Source of the DNA: Octopus bimaculoides
Lineage: Eukaryota
Assembly (NCBI RefSeq): GCF_001194135.2
Contig: NC_068985.1
Location: forward strand, 92,598,375-92,662,374
DNA length: 64,000 nt
Reading direction: 5' to 3'
Both the position numbers and the translations under genes were made by a program. Numbering within the stretch: the first letter of the stretch is position 1; the number at the start of each line of letters is the position of its first letter. Of the stretch, positions 11,633-24,055 are shown one piece after another. Below the pieces are notes generated by a model, which did not search any database, had not been told where the DNA came from, and saw only the letters and a list, made by a program, of their open reading frames with translations.

Positions 11633-12585
11633 GGTTAGATGAATCCCACACAGGCTCATGAGGTTTTGCTTCCCAGATTGGCTGTGTTGCGCTCTTGAGC
11701 AAAACACTTCATTTCACACTTTTCCTGTTTGCTCAGCTGTAAATGAGTGATGCTTGTTATGGACTAGCATCCTGGCCAGGGGGGATGTTGGCCCTCTTGC
11801 CTTGCCTGTACGTTGTCATCATTCAAAAACTAAAACGGTTCAGAGCACATTGTGAGACTAGCAATATATAACAACAGATACTCTGGTCACTCACATAGTT
11901 ATTAGATGCATATCAACAATTAAAATCTGTGACATGTATCTTTGAAAAGGGTATTTTAATAGCCACATGTGTATATACCTTTTTCCCAAAATCCAGTTAT
12001 AATCTGCGCCTCTTTAGTTTTAATTTTGATTTTTTGTTTCGGTTTGATTTTCTCATGAAATTTTGCAGTGTTAACAGAAATTTTTAAAGAAAATTTCATA
12101 TCAAAATGTCCGAATTAGCTAAAATTGCTTCAAACGATTATCCTTGTGGTTTCAACTTTAATGTCAGAACTCTTAGAATTATGCCTGAATATGAAGTTTG
12201 TTGACATTTCCTGTCAACAAATCATTCTTGAATTCCGTGTTTTCAAATTTCTCTAGAATAAAAATCCATTACTTGTAAAAGAGAAACAAAAAAAAAATCA
12301 CAAGCAGGAGAGGTCCATAACTGGATGTGCATCCAACCGTAAAATTCCTGCCTCAGATTCACTTGCTTCTAAACAGTGTACCATGGCAAAACAAACTAAT
12401 ACATATATATATTGATATATAAGCACATATATAGATATATATACACACACATGCATACATACACATATACATCCACATGTGCACACATGCAGATACATAT
12501 GTACATAAGTACACACACACACATTGGTTTCTGTCAGCTGAATGTGAGAGGAGTGCTCAATAGACACTGTAGAGGACAAGGCATA

Positions 12586-12633
<48 letters not shown>

Positions 12634-13053
12634 NNNNNNNNNNNNNNNNNNNNNNNNNNNNNNNNNNNNNNNNNNNNNNNNNNNNNNNNNNNNNNNNNNN
12701 NNNNNNNNNNNNNNNNNNNNNNNNNNNNNNNNNNNNNNNNNNNNNNNNNNNNNNNNNNNNNNNNNNNNNNNNNNNNNNNNNNNNNNNNNNNNNNNNNNNN
12801 NNNNNNNNNNNNNNNNNNNNNNNNNNNNNNNNNNNNNNNNNNNNNNNNNNNNNNNNNNNNNNNNNNNNNNNNNNNNNNNNNNNNNNNNNNNNNNNNNNNN
12901 NNNNNNNNNNNNNNNNNNNNNNNNNNNNNNNNNNNNNNNNNNNNNNNNNNNNNNNNNNNNNNNNNNNNNNNNNNNNNNNNNNNNNNNNNNNNNNNNNNNN
13001 NNNNNNNNNNNNNNNNNNNNNNNNNNNNNNNNNNNNNNNNNNNNNNNNNNNNN
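12634..13053. other. Assembly gap after (AT)n
   Basis: N-run. Confidence 1.
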
Positions 13054-13128
13054 AAATGAATTTCTTTTCGCTAACAGGAAGAATGGAAGAATTTTCCTGA
13101 TAACATAGAATTGAAGGAAAAGGCACCA

Positions 13129-13133
13129 ATAAA

Positions 13134-13197
<64 letters not shown>

Positions 13198-13217
13198 TAA
13201 TAACGATGATGATAATA
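13129..13217. repeat. (AAAT)n/(AAT)n/(GAT)n compound microsatellite
   Basis: Direct reading. Confidence 0.95.
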
Positions 13218-13647
13218 AATAGGAAGAAGAGAAAAATCTTGTAACTATTTTATTATTAATGAATTGCAAGATGCTCCTTAAATTTACTCCTTTCCTTTCT
13301 CCATTTAATATTTTAATGATAATTTGAGAAATTTAATCATATTTAAAGCCACAGGATTCTATTCCTAGGAGTGTTCGCATGACAGGGCATTTAGTGAAGG
13401 AAACTGCTGCAGCCGCTGCTGCTGCTGTTACGGTAACTCTTCCACCACCACTGCTATTACTGCTGCAATGAATGGGGTAAACATAACATAGTGAGGACTC
13501 TTGAATTTCATGGAGTGCAAGCATACTAATGCTGGTGTTACAAAAGCGTGCACCCAGTGCACTTTGCAACAAGGATGTTGGATGAGTATCGATGATGTAT
13601 GCTTCAAGAAGACCTTGTATTTCTCCTTAATATTTTTTTTTTTGCCT

Positions 13648-13902
13648 TTAACCCTCCAACACGGAGTATAGGCCACTTATAATCGAATTCCATGTCGCAT
13701 AATTTCTCGCTTCTGTACTTATACTCTGCCATGAATGTCCCCCTTTCTCTAGTTCCTTTTGTGTTGATCTACGCCTCGAGTTCTTAGGCCTACCTTTCTT
13801 TCTATATCCATCCGGATTCCACTGTAAAGCACTTTTCGCTACATTTGGTGTGTCCTTTCTAATTGTGCTACCAATCCACTTCCACTTTTTCTGAAATATT
13901 TG
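13648..13902 (-). mobile_element. RTE-clade LINE ORF C-terminus (84 codons plus stop, open)
   Basis: Translates QIFQKKWKWIGSTIRKDTPNVAKSALQWNPDGYRKKGRPKNSRRRSTQKELEKGGHSW..WNSIISGLYS*, matching the RTE pattern W.WIGH.LR....AL.WNP.G.R..GRPK..W. Confidence 0.88.
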
Positions 13903-13944
13903 CTCCCTAACATTTCTGCTAGCTCATCACCTTTGAATAATCTT

Positions 13945-14379
13945 TTCTACTCTAGGCACAAGGCCCCAATTTTTTTTTTTTTTGGGGGGGGGGCAGTCGA
14001 TTAGATCTACCCCAGTACGCAACTGGTACTTAATTTGTCAACCTCAAAAGGATGAAAGGTAAAGCTGAACTCGGCAGAATTTGAACTCAGAAAGTAAAGA
14101 CAAACGAAATACCACTAAGCATTTCGCCCGGCATGCTAACGTTTCTTATTTCTATATTGTCCACAAGGGGTTAAACACAGAGGGGGCAAATAAGGACAGA
14201 CAAAGGGATTAAGTCGATTACATCGACCCCAGTGCATAACAGCTACTTATTTAATCGACCCCGAAAGGATGAAAGGCAAAGTCGACCTCAGTGGAATTTG
14301 AACTCAGAATGTGAAGACAGACAAAATACCGCTAAGCATTTCGTCCGACATGCTAACGTTTCTGCCAGCTCACCACCTT
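13945..14379 (-). mobile_element. Dimeric tRNA-derived SINE family D (two tandem related units)
   Basis: Two successive units each with ctgagttcaaatt..ctttgcctttcatcctttcggggtcg on the reverse strand; possibly a described octopus family, not verified. Confidence 0.88.
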
Positions 14380-15369
14380 AGCATTATTGATTATTGATCT
14401 TATTGGTCAGTATTGATCGGGGTTGAATAACTACCACTACAATTGTTACTATCACTACTTACACCTCAACAACAATCAAAGCCCATTAGAATCAATATAA
14501 AAAAAAAGAAAAAAACATCAAAGGAGCCTTTACAGAGCCACTTGGCCTGCTAGAAATAACTGCCAAATAGCCCAGGAATGCTTTTGATTAAAAGTTAGTT
14601 CAGTCACTGCTGGCATGGGACTAAACAATTACAATGACTATAACCTTTACATTTACTAGGACTACAACTACTACTACTACTTTTCTACTACTACCACCAG
14701 CATCACATGTTTTGCTATGACCATCACCACTTTACAACTATTAACACCTCTACCACCACCACCACCCCACCTTGTTCTATTACTGCCGTTATCACCCTCA
14801 CATGCACTTTTATTATTATAGATGCTTTTATAAATTTTCTGATTTCTTACTGTAAAATATTGTGCCAAGCTTTATATATATAAGTGTGTGTGTGGTTGGA
14901 TATATGTAGTTATGTATGTATGTATGTGTATGTATATCCATTTAGTGATCAAACATCATTCTGTGTAGAATGACTCAAACTTGGTTAGAAGGTTAGGAGA
15001 AAATGAAATGTATATTTGGCAAGGATGTAATGGACGTTAATAATATTTTTAATTACTGTGATTGCAAATAGAGTTACAGGCCTTGAATATTTCAGTGTGT
15101 GACCTCTTGTAACAAAGATAGTCTCACATCATAATCGTAGATGTTGAAGATTTAATTGTATTTGTTAATCACCAAATGTCTAATTATACTCGTGCATTAA
15201 TAGATGCACTGTTTTACGACTGTTGTCAGTTATTTGGAATGTGGCCATGCTGGAGCACTGTCGTTGGCAGCTTTTAGTAGATACAGTCTGGTATTTATCT
15301 TATTGATTTCTGTTCACTAATTGGCTAAATTACCTTTTGCTATAAAGGAACACAACCACACATGCACAA

Positions 15370-15423
<54 letters not shown>

Positions 15424-15428
15424 AATCA

Positions 15429-15700
15429 ACATCATCATCATCATCATTTAACGTCCGTTGTCCATGCTGGCATGGTTTGGACAGTTTGACTGGGCTGGTA
15501 CGCTGGAAGGCTGCACCAGACTCAGGTCTGATTTAGCATGGTTTTTTTATGGCTGGATGCCCTTCCTAATGCCAACCACTCCGAGAGTATAATGGGTGTT
15601 TTTATGTGTCACCTACATGGGTGCCATTTGTGTGACACTGGTATCTGCCATGACTGTGATTTTTCGTGGCTTCATGGGTCTTCTCATGCACGGCAAGGTC
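15429..15700 (-). mobile_element. Family B element
   Basis: (CAT)n then ttaacgtccgttgtccatgctggcatgg..ggctggatgcccttcctaatgccaaccactcc. Confidence 0.88.
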
Positions 15701-16023
15701 AACTTTGCCTTTCATTCTTTTGGGGCTGATAAATTAAGTACCAGTTGTGTACTGGTACTTATTGACTGGCCCCCTCCCCAAAAATTTTGGGCCGTGTGCC
15801 TAGAGTAGAAAAGAATATTTATTTCTTTATTGCTTGCTCACAGGGGGCTAAACATAGAGGGGACAAACAAGGATAGACATAGGGATTAAGTCAATTACAT
15901 TGACTCCAGTGCATAACTGGTATTTATTTAATTGTCCCCGAAAGGATGAAAGGCAAAGTCAACCAGACGAAATACCACTAAGCATTTCGCCCAGTGTGCT
16001 AACAATTCTGCCAGCTCGCCACC
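15685..16023. mobile_element. Tail-to-tail inverted pair of family D SINE units
   Basis: Plus copy to ~15825 (aactttgcctttcattcttttgggg), minus copy 15826-16023 (ccccgaaaggatgaaaggcaaagtc). Confidence 0.82.
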
Positions 16024-16096
16024 CTGAATACTGATCCAATGAATGGAATAGCCTGCTTGTGAAATTAACATATAAGTAGCTGAGTACTCCACAGAC

Positions 16097-17697
16097 CAAA
16101 CCGCCCAAAGCCGCCCGAAAAAAATTTTGGTTCATGTGACCAAGCCGCCCGTAATCACCTATTCATATTTAAATGAGAATATCTGAGCAAATCTCGTTAG
16201 TACATTCGTGAAAACACGTGATTATTTGTGTAAACAGTTCAGCAATAGTTTTGTACGACGATCAACATGTTTTTTTTAATTTTGTGAATTTTGGGAGATT
16301 TTTTTCCAAATTTGTTCCTGTTGTGTTTTCAAAATTTGTAATCCTGACAAAAAAAATGGATACGAATTTTATTCTGTCAAGCAGCGAGTCAGAATTCGAA
16401 GGATTTTCCGTTGAAGACCTTGATAAATCTAACTCTGTAACCGAAAAAAAAAANNNNNNNNNNNNNNNNNNNNNNNNNNNNNNNNNNNNNNNNNNNNNNN
16501 NNNNNNNNNNNNNNNNNNNNNNNNNNNNNNNNNNNNNNNNNNNNNNNNNNNNNNNNNNNNNNNNNNNNNNNNNNNNNNNNNNNNNNNNNNNNNNNNNNNN
16601 NNNNNNNNNNNNNNNNNNNNNNNNNNNNNNNNNNNNNNNNNNNNNNNNNNNNNNNNNNNNNNNNNNNNNNNNNNNNNNNNNNNNNNNNNNNNNNNNNNNN
16701 NNNNNNNNNNNNNNNNNNNNNNNNNNNNNNNNNNNNNNNNNNNNNNNNNNNNNNNNNNNNNNNNNNNNNNNNNNNNNNNNNNNNNNNNNNNNNNNNNNNN
16801 NNNNNNNNNNNNNNNNNNNNNNNNNNNNNNNNNNNNNNNNNNNNNNNNNNNNNNNNNNNNNNNNNNNNNNNNNNNNNNNNNNNNNNNNNNNNNNNNNNNN
16901 NNNNNNNNNNNNNNNNNNNNNNNNNNNNNNNNNNNNNNNNNNNNNNNNNNNNNNNNNNNNNNNNNNNNNNNNNNNNNNNNNNNNNNNNNNNNNNNNNNNN
17001 NNNNNNNNNNNNNNNNNNNNNNNNNNNNNNNNNNNNNNNNNNNNNNNNNNNNNNNNNNNNNNNNNNNNNNNNNNNNNNNNNNNNNNNNNNNNNNNNNNNN
17101 NNNNNNNNNNNNNNNNNNNNNNNNNNNNNNNNNNNNNNNNNNNNNNNNNNNNNNNNNNNNNNNNNNNNNNNNNNNNNNNNNNNNNNNNNNNNNNNNNNNN
17201 NNNNNNNNNNNNNNNNNNNNNNNNNNNNNNNNNNNNNNNNNNNNNNNNNNNNNNNNNNNNNNNNNNNNNNNNNNNNNNNNNNNNNNNNNNNNNNNNNNNN
17301 NNNNNNNNNNNNNNNNNNNNNNNNNNNNNNNNNNNNNNNNNNNNNNNNNNNNNNNNNNNNNNNNNNNNNNNNNNNNNNTCTATAATAATATTTTGTTGTA
17401 TACCCAATTGAATATTAGCTAATAACCCATTTTCTATAGCGATGTTTGAACAAAAATTTTAATAATTTTATATTTTGTTGAATTTACCTGTAATTAAAGT
17501 CACTTTGTGACAAAACTTTTGGTATAGAATTGGTTGAGAACCTTTCGTTAATTTATCTTCCAAAAATCACATTAATATGTTGATAAATAAAAAAGTTAGA
17601 GTTGTTTAATGAAACCAGCCTAAATTTATGATTATGTTAGAAATTAATTGAAACACATAAGGGGTGTAATTTGGTTAGAAATATGGTAACGAAAGGG
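16097..17697 (+). mobile_element. piggyBac-type element (gap inside) inserted in a family E SINE
   Basis: Right end GGTAACGAAAGGG|TTAA (TTAA 17698-17701); left end eroded to caaaccgccc; ATG-initiated acidic frame MDTNFILSSSESEFEGFSVEDL before the gap. Confidence 0.7.
16454..17378. other. Assembly gap
   Basis: N-run. Confidence 1.
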
Positions 17698-17909
17698 TTA
17701 ATGTAACTCTCCGGGAGAATCAGTATGACACAGAACGTGACAAGGCTGTCCCTTGTGAATTACAGGTACAATTCAATTTTGCTTGCTGAGTGGTTTGGAG
17801 TGACATGAAGTAGTATTTTGCTCAAGGATACAATGAGCCGCCCAGTAGCAAACTCCTGACCTTACGACTGTGGGCTGAGTGCCCTAACGACTAAGCCACA
17901 TACCTTCAC
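17698..17909 (-). mobile_element. Family E SINE 5' part (3' part at 16030-16096)
   Basis: Sequence collinear with 9470-9790 on both sides of the piggyBac-type insertion. Confidence 0.85.
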
Positions 17910-18273
17910 GATCATTATATTACATCATTTCTCTTCACCATCAGCATTCTTTGTCCAGGAGTCCATATGGTGTCATTTTGTTTCTTTGCAACAAGCTCCA
18001 TTTACAGTCATATGAACAGCTTGGATATTAATGTCATCAACTAATTATTTTATTAATGTCACAAATGTCTAGATTGAGTTGTAAATGGAATATCAAGTAC
18101 ATTCAGTGATTGTTAGTGACATTCTGCAGCCTCCTACCAGTTGGCTTTTGCGGTTCAAAATAACTGCACAATGAAACCCCATCTTAACCCTTCACCGTTC
18201 AGACGTCCCTACCACATGTAAGGCTGACATAGTCGCATTGTTCTGAATTAATCATGCATTATCTTGTAGCATC

Positions 18274-18452
18274 ATGATTTTGATGATAATCATGATGATG
18301 ATTATGATGATGTGATGACGATGTGATGGTGATGATGTGACTGATGATGATGATGTGATGATGATGATGGTGATGTGATGATGATGATGATGATGGTGAT
18401 GTAATGATGATGAAGTGATGATGATGAGGTTGATGATGCTGATGATCATCAT
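18274..18452. repeat. Degenerate (GAT)n trinucleotide tract
   Basis: Direct reading; source of the poly-H/poly-I ORF 18252-18455. Confidence 0.95.
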
Positions 18453-18600
18453 CATTTAACGTCCATTGTCCATGCTAGCATGAGTTGGACGATTTGGCTG
18501 GGCTGGGAGGCTGATGACTTTCCTAATCCCAACCACTCTGAGAGTGTAATGGGTGCTTTTATGTACCACCAGCATGGGTGCCATTTGCATGAGGCCGGGG
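18440..18600 (-). mobile_element. Family B element, internally deleted
   Basis: catcatttaacgtccattgtccatgctagcatg..ttcctaatcccaaccactctgagagtgtaatggg. Confidence 0.8.
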
Positions 18601-18616
18601 TGCAAATATTTCATCA

Positions 18617-18683
<67 letters not shown>

Positions 18684-19070
18684 ATAAAAATATATAGAAG
18701 GAGCAAAAATACCGGATATTCAGTATACACCAAATGGCAAACTTATAAGTTGATAAAATATGTGGAAAACATATATAAAAAGTGGAAGAGAAATGCCTTT
18801 GTTTCGCATAGTTTAATATCATTTTATAAAGAATTTTTTTAAAATATGTACATATTTTATGGATGTGGTGATATCCAACTGGTTTTCTCTATTTAAATTA
18901 GCTTTTTAAGGGTCATTGTGAAGTGATCAATTCTTGTGACAAAGGGGTCTCGCCATTTGGGAGGTTTGAAAAATAAGAATGAGTCTAGAGAGTGGACCAA
19001 GGGAGGTAACAGGTGGCAAGGGGGACAACTAACTCCTCAGTACAATTTTTGAAGTGGTTAAGTTTCTATA

Positions 19071-19507
19071 TTAATGACTGGTCTGTATGAACAGGCTTTC
19101 CTTGTTTAGGTGTTCTTGTAAGAAGAATGAATCTTTGCATTGGTATAATGGAAAGATATGAAAATTCGACGTTTTATTTCTTGTACATCTGTCAATATGT
19201 TCGCTAAGAGCAATCTGCCTGTACTGAAGAAAACGAATTTGTTCTTTATGCAGCTTGACTCTCCGTCTCAAAGTATGGCTCGTTTGGCCCACATAATTGT
19301 GGCCACAACCTGAGAAGGTTAGGACATAGATAAGATTCTTGGAAGCACATGTGAAGTTGGTCTTAATTGAGAATTTTTCTCCTTGCTGGAATGTGAATTC
19401 CAAGCCTTCAGTTTGGTATGGGCATGTGTCACAATTAGGTCATCTGCATTTTTTAACTGTTGGTATTGTATGGATTGAGTATAGTTTTGCATTTTGATCA
19501 GATCCTG

Positions 19508-19508
<1 letters not shown>
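19071..19508 (-). mobile_element. Penelope-like element GIY-YIG endonuclease domain remnant
   Basis: Translates VKKCR*PNCDTCPY..FTCASKNLIYVLTFSGCGHNYVGQTSHTLRRRVKLHKEQIR..LSEHIDRC: LIY/YVG (GIY-YIG) motifs, the conserved Arg, and the Cys/His residues typical of Penelope EN; one in-frame TGA. Confidence 0.92.
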
Positions 19509-19544
<36 letters not shown>

Positions 19545-19959
19545 GTTTGTATGTATGCATGTATGAGTGTGTGTATATAAGTTATTTAATTTCACCAATT
19601 TAACTAAACTATTTTAGTGAAAAATACTAATGTATAATGCTTATAAAATTGTAATTATTATTATCGTTTCCCATTTGGATTAAATAGAATTTTCTCTTTT
19701 CCCTCTGTGTATTATTTTAGTGAATATATATTTACATTTCTTCTATTTTAGCAATTAGGAAATTCCATCTTGAATGGAAAACTTATTAGTACAATTAGTC
19801 TTTTCATTGCAAACCAAATTTTAATCATTGTTTCAATATGTTAAAAATACAGGCTGTAAGAAAGTTGCAGTCTCTTGTATTTCTTTCATCATTGAGAACA
19901 ATTCCAGCGTGCTGTAAAGCTGAGATAGACAAGCACACACATACATACATATGTATATG

Positions 19960-19998
<39 letters not shown>

Positions 19999-20071
19999 AA
20001 ACACACATATAAATACACACAGAGGCATATACATAAATACACACACTCACATATAAATATATATATATATG

Positions 20072-20105
<34 letters not shown>

Positions 20106-20451
20106 GTGTGTAATGTATGTTTTTGTATGCTTTACTTATGCAAGTATTTCTCTTCTCTTGTTTACACATTAACTCTTATTATCTTCTTAACATATAAGAA
20201 TATTACTGGTGGCCTAGAGGCAAATATTTTCCTAATCACATGCGATATACATAGACATAGAATATTTTTAGCATTCTACATTACTGGAATGTACTTCGTT
20301 GCTTAATTATCAACACTGAATGAAAATCATCATTACTATTAAGCTAAGTAGTAGGTACAAGAATGGATACAGCACCAGGCAAAAATGCTTTACACTGTTT
20401 CATTATGTCTTTTTATGTTCTGAGTTCAAATCCCAACAAATATTTTGGTCT

Positions 20452-20612
20452 TATCATCTTGGAGTGGTTGGTGTTAGGAAGGGCATCCAGCTGTAGAAAC
20501 TCTGCCAAATCAGATTGGAGCCTGGTGTAGCCATCTGGTTCACCAGTCCTCAGTCAAATCGTCCAACCCATGCTAGCATGGAAAGCGGACGTTAAATGAT
20601 GATGATGATGAT
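20452..20612 (+). mobile_element. Family B 3' end
   Basis: ggagtggttggtgttaggaagggcatccagctgtagaaactctgcc..ggaaagcggacgttaaat(gat)n. Confidence 0.92.
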
Positions 20613-20687
20613 CTGGGGGTCAGCAAAATAGGTAACTGTCATAAACTAGTATTTTTGTGAAATATGCTATAAAAAGATATAGAATTA

Positions 20688-21155
20688 ATGGTGTGACTGC
20701 ATGGTAAGAACCACATGGTTGCGAATATAGTCCCACTGCATGACACCTTGGGTGTCTTCTGCTATAGCCTTGGGGCAATTAAAGTCTTGTGAGTGGATTT
20801 GTAGGCAGAAACTGGAAAAATCTTATATNNNNNNNNNNNNNNNNNNNNNNNNNNNNNNNNNNNNNNNNNNNNNNNNNNNNNNNNNNNNNNNNNNNNNNNN
20901 NNNNNNNNNNNNNNNNNNNNNNNNNNNNNNNNNNNNNNNNNNNNNNNNNNNNNNNNNNNNNNNNNNNNNNNNNNNNNNNNNNNNNNNNNNNNNNNNNNNN
21001 NNNNNNNNNNNNNNNNNNNNNNNNNNNNNNNNNNNNNNNNNNNNNNNNNNNNNNNNNNNNNNNNNGAATAAATCCTAGGGTCTATTTGCTCAACTGTAGT
21101 TGGTGCTCCAGCATGGCAATAGTCAAATGACTGAAACAAATAAAAGAATAAAAGA

Positions 21156-21158
<3 letters not shown>
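20688..21158 (+). mobile_element. Family A SINE spanning a gap (N 20829-21065)
   Basis: Head and tail match family A. Confidence 0.8.
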
Positions 21159-21194
<36 letters not shown>

Positions 21195-21769
21195 GGCATG
21201 AATGTTACCAATTCCTAACTTTTCTATGTGGTATCTTGGTAAAGAGTGTCACCTGATAGAAGAATCACTAAATCATTGTTAAAGAATGACAGTTAATTCA
21301 TATAATAAAACTCTGATTTATAGATATTGGATATTATTATTTATTGTCTATTTTCTATTTTATTTTATTATCATTATTATTATTATTATTGTCTGAATTT
21401 TTTCTGATGGATTTAAAGTACTTCGGAATGTATTATTGTGTTGTAGTCCAGTCTTAATTTGATATTCATCTGAGGTTGACAGCTACCATTCAATTTTGTT
21501 TTCAACATCATGCCCACTATCAGAGAAAGAATTTTGTATAAAGAATTCATATTTCGCACACACACACACACATGTGATTTAATGTCAAGCTTTCTTGCTT
21601 GCATGGTTTTGACAAGATCCAATGAGTCAAAGACTGTCAAGCCCTGGTGTATGCTTAGGTATGGTTTCTATGACTGGATGTCTCTCCTAATGCCAGTCAT
21701 TTTACAGAATGTTCTGGCTGCTTTTTACACACACATAGTATGTCAAGGCTGGCCCCTTTGAAAGACAAG

Positions 21770-21971
21770 AAGAACAGAAACAGGAGGAAAGTGTGAGAGA
21801 AATTTGTGGTGAAAGAGTACAGCAGGGTTCGCCACCACTCCCTGCTGGTGCCCCATGTAGCTTTAGGTGTTTTCACTCAATAAACACTCACACTAACTGG
21901 TCTGGGAATCAAAACTGCAATACTACGCCAACAAGTTCGCTGCCCTAACCACTGGGTGATTGTGCCTCAAC
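21770..21971 (-). mobile_element. tRNA-derived SINE family F
   Basis: Reverse complement matches 35572-35741 (aaacacctaaagct..gaaccctgctgtactctttcaccac). Confidence 0.85.
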
Positions 21972-23328
21972 ATATATATAATTGGTTTCTGTATAGTTTC
22001 CATCTCCTAAATTCGTTCACAAGATATTAGTAAGCCTGGGTCTAAAGTAGAATACTCTTCCTCCAAGTTCCTACCTACTTGCTGTGAAGTCAGTTTGAAC
22101 CTGAAACCATGATGTTGCGAAACAGACTTCTTGACCGTAAAGCCATGCCTGCACCTATGTAATATAATTACACAAAGCAGAAAGGACAACACACATGACC
22201 CTTTTGATATCAGGATCTCTGAGGTTTGTGGGGAAAAGGAAGTTATCCTTATATTGGGAGTCTAGTTTGAATGCTTGCTAAAAGCACTCACTGAAGGACC
22301 AAGAGGTGATGTCAAAGCAGATGATGAAGCTAGTGTACAAATAACTGGTGCAGATGTATTCTAACAACTTGCCTAATCTTCTACTCTGTGTCAGTCCTTT
22401 ATCAACCTCGAAAATTGACCTTGGCATGAGTTGAACTCAGATCCTTGAGATCTAGAAAGGTTGGTGTGACCCAGAAAAGACATCAGTCTAGCAATGCTGC
22501 CAGTTCACTGTGTGTATGTGTGTGTGTGTGTGTGTGTGTTCATCATTGTTTTAATATCTACTCTTTCATGCTTGTATTATTGCCGGACATGTTTCCACAG
22601 AAAGTCTGTAAACAAACAGTACCATTTGCATAATGGTGACTCTCTACAACTTTCATTCCATTATGTCATGACAAAAAGACAAAGACACACATTTAGACAC
22701 GTATATACATATAAACAATGGGTAACTTTCAGTTTCTGCCGACTAGAAACTGCTGGCTTATTCAGTTTGTCTGATTGTGTAGTAGGTTGTCAGGTAAATA
22801 TCTAAGTTTCAGTCAACATGAATTTTAGATTATATTTAAAAATTTTAAATTGAAAATCATAAGGTATTTTAATTTTTCTTTTACTAACTCTGAATATTAT
22901 TCTTCCTAATTTTCTTACATCTATCTTGTCTTTATTGTCAACTCAATATTTGTACCTTCCATGCTGTGACCCCATTTTTAAACATGAATAAGATAAAATT
23001 TTGCTAACTAGTGTGACAAAATCGATGTTTTTCTTATATCAACGTTGCCAAGAGACAAATACATTGTATACACATAGCACTGCAAAACTGTCTTATTTAG
23101 AAAAATCAAAATTATTATAAATACAAGTTGAGAGAAGCAAATCTCTTTTTAACTGTTTCACTCCTAGTTATGAGGCTCTGCTATAGACATTTCTTCATAG
23201 ACAGCTCGTATACAGTGTCATCATTTATTCAGTAGATTTCACGAAACACTTTCCTCCTTTTTTTATTATTTCTTTCTTCCTTTTTTTTTTTTGTATTTTC
23301 TTATATTTTGCACCTTATTTCTCTGCAG

Positions 23329-23436
23329 ATTGAATGTTTTTATTTATTCTTTATATTTGCTCTCTTGTAAACACAAAGTTCTGTTTGACTTTGAAAAAAG
23401 AATTTTAAATTATCGTAGACAACTAAAAATACACAG
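23329..23436 (+). other. Candidate 108-nt exon
   Basis: Long polypyrimidine tract plus ctctgcag acceptor, CAG|GTAAAA donor, one open phase-2 frame LNVFIYSLYLLSCKHKVLFDFEKRILNYRRQLKIH; no family recognised. Confidence 0.3.
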
Positions 23437-23716
23437 GTAAAAGTAAACTTGCATTCCTTCTTTGTTGTTTGTTATCAAATTTCCTATCTTTAACCTATCA
23501 ACTTGTTTAAATTCTGGCTTGGAAACCAATCCTCTTTCTCTCTTTATTACAATGTTGCTCTAAGTAATACACTCTGTAAACATTAAACTAATCAGAGTTT
23601 GTTACTATTTATTGTGTCACCTGAGGTTTACCTTCAAATTCTTTGATACAAACAAATAGGAAACTATATTGTTTCATATAGCTTGTAGTTCTTCACTTCA
23701 GTAGGCATCTTGTTAA

Positions 23717-23945
23717 CCCTTTTGATACCAATCCGCCTGAGAACACCTCTGGTTCTGTTATATGTTTTTCTGCTTTGAAGTGATCTAAATTAAAACTCAC
23801 CACGGTCATTTTATGTCAATTTATGTTCTAAGTACCAGTTTAACAACAACGATGGTTATTTTATTAAATTCTTCATTATTTTCAAAATTAATTGGAACTA
23901 AGTCAATGTATTTTAACAGAAACATGATAACAATAAATAGATTAA
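23717..23945. mobile_element. piggyBac-type MITE, degenerate right end
   Basis: TTAA|CCCTTTTGATACC start; the 3' part resembles the right end of the 16097-17697 element. Confidence 0.65.
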
Positions 23946-24055
23946 CTTTACATGCATTTCGTTTTTGGATTTCGTTTACAATATTCTTTATGTAAGTTCG
24001 TGTGTTGAAGCATATTTTTGTGTCTGGAGAGAGTCATTCATTTCTGGTGCCTTAT

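Larger units (their letters stand above)
11067..11861 (+). mobile_element. Family G SINE split by a hAT insertion (pieces 11067-11094 and 11633-11861)
   Basis: Head gtgaaagtgcatggcctaatggttagat resumes after the hAT element with gctcttgagcaaaacacttcatttcac. Confidence 0.75.

Noticed and set aside
13333-13572. Poly-Ala ORFs on both strands
   Set aside because: Driven by a short (GCT)n tract; splice signals are weak.
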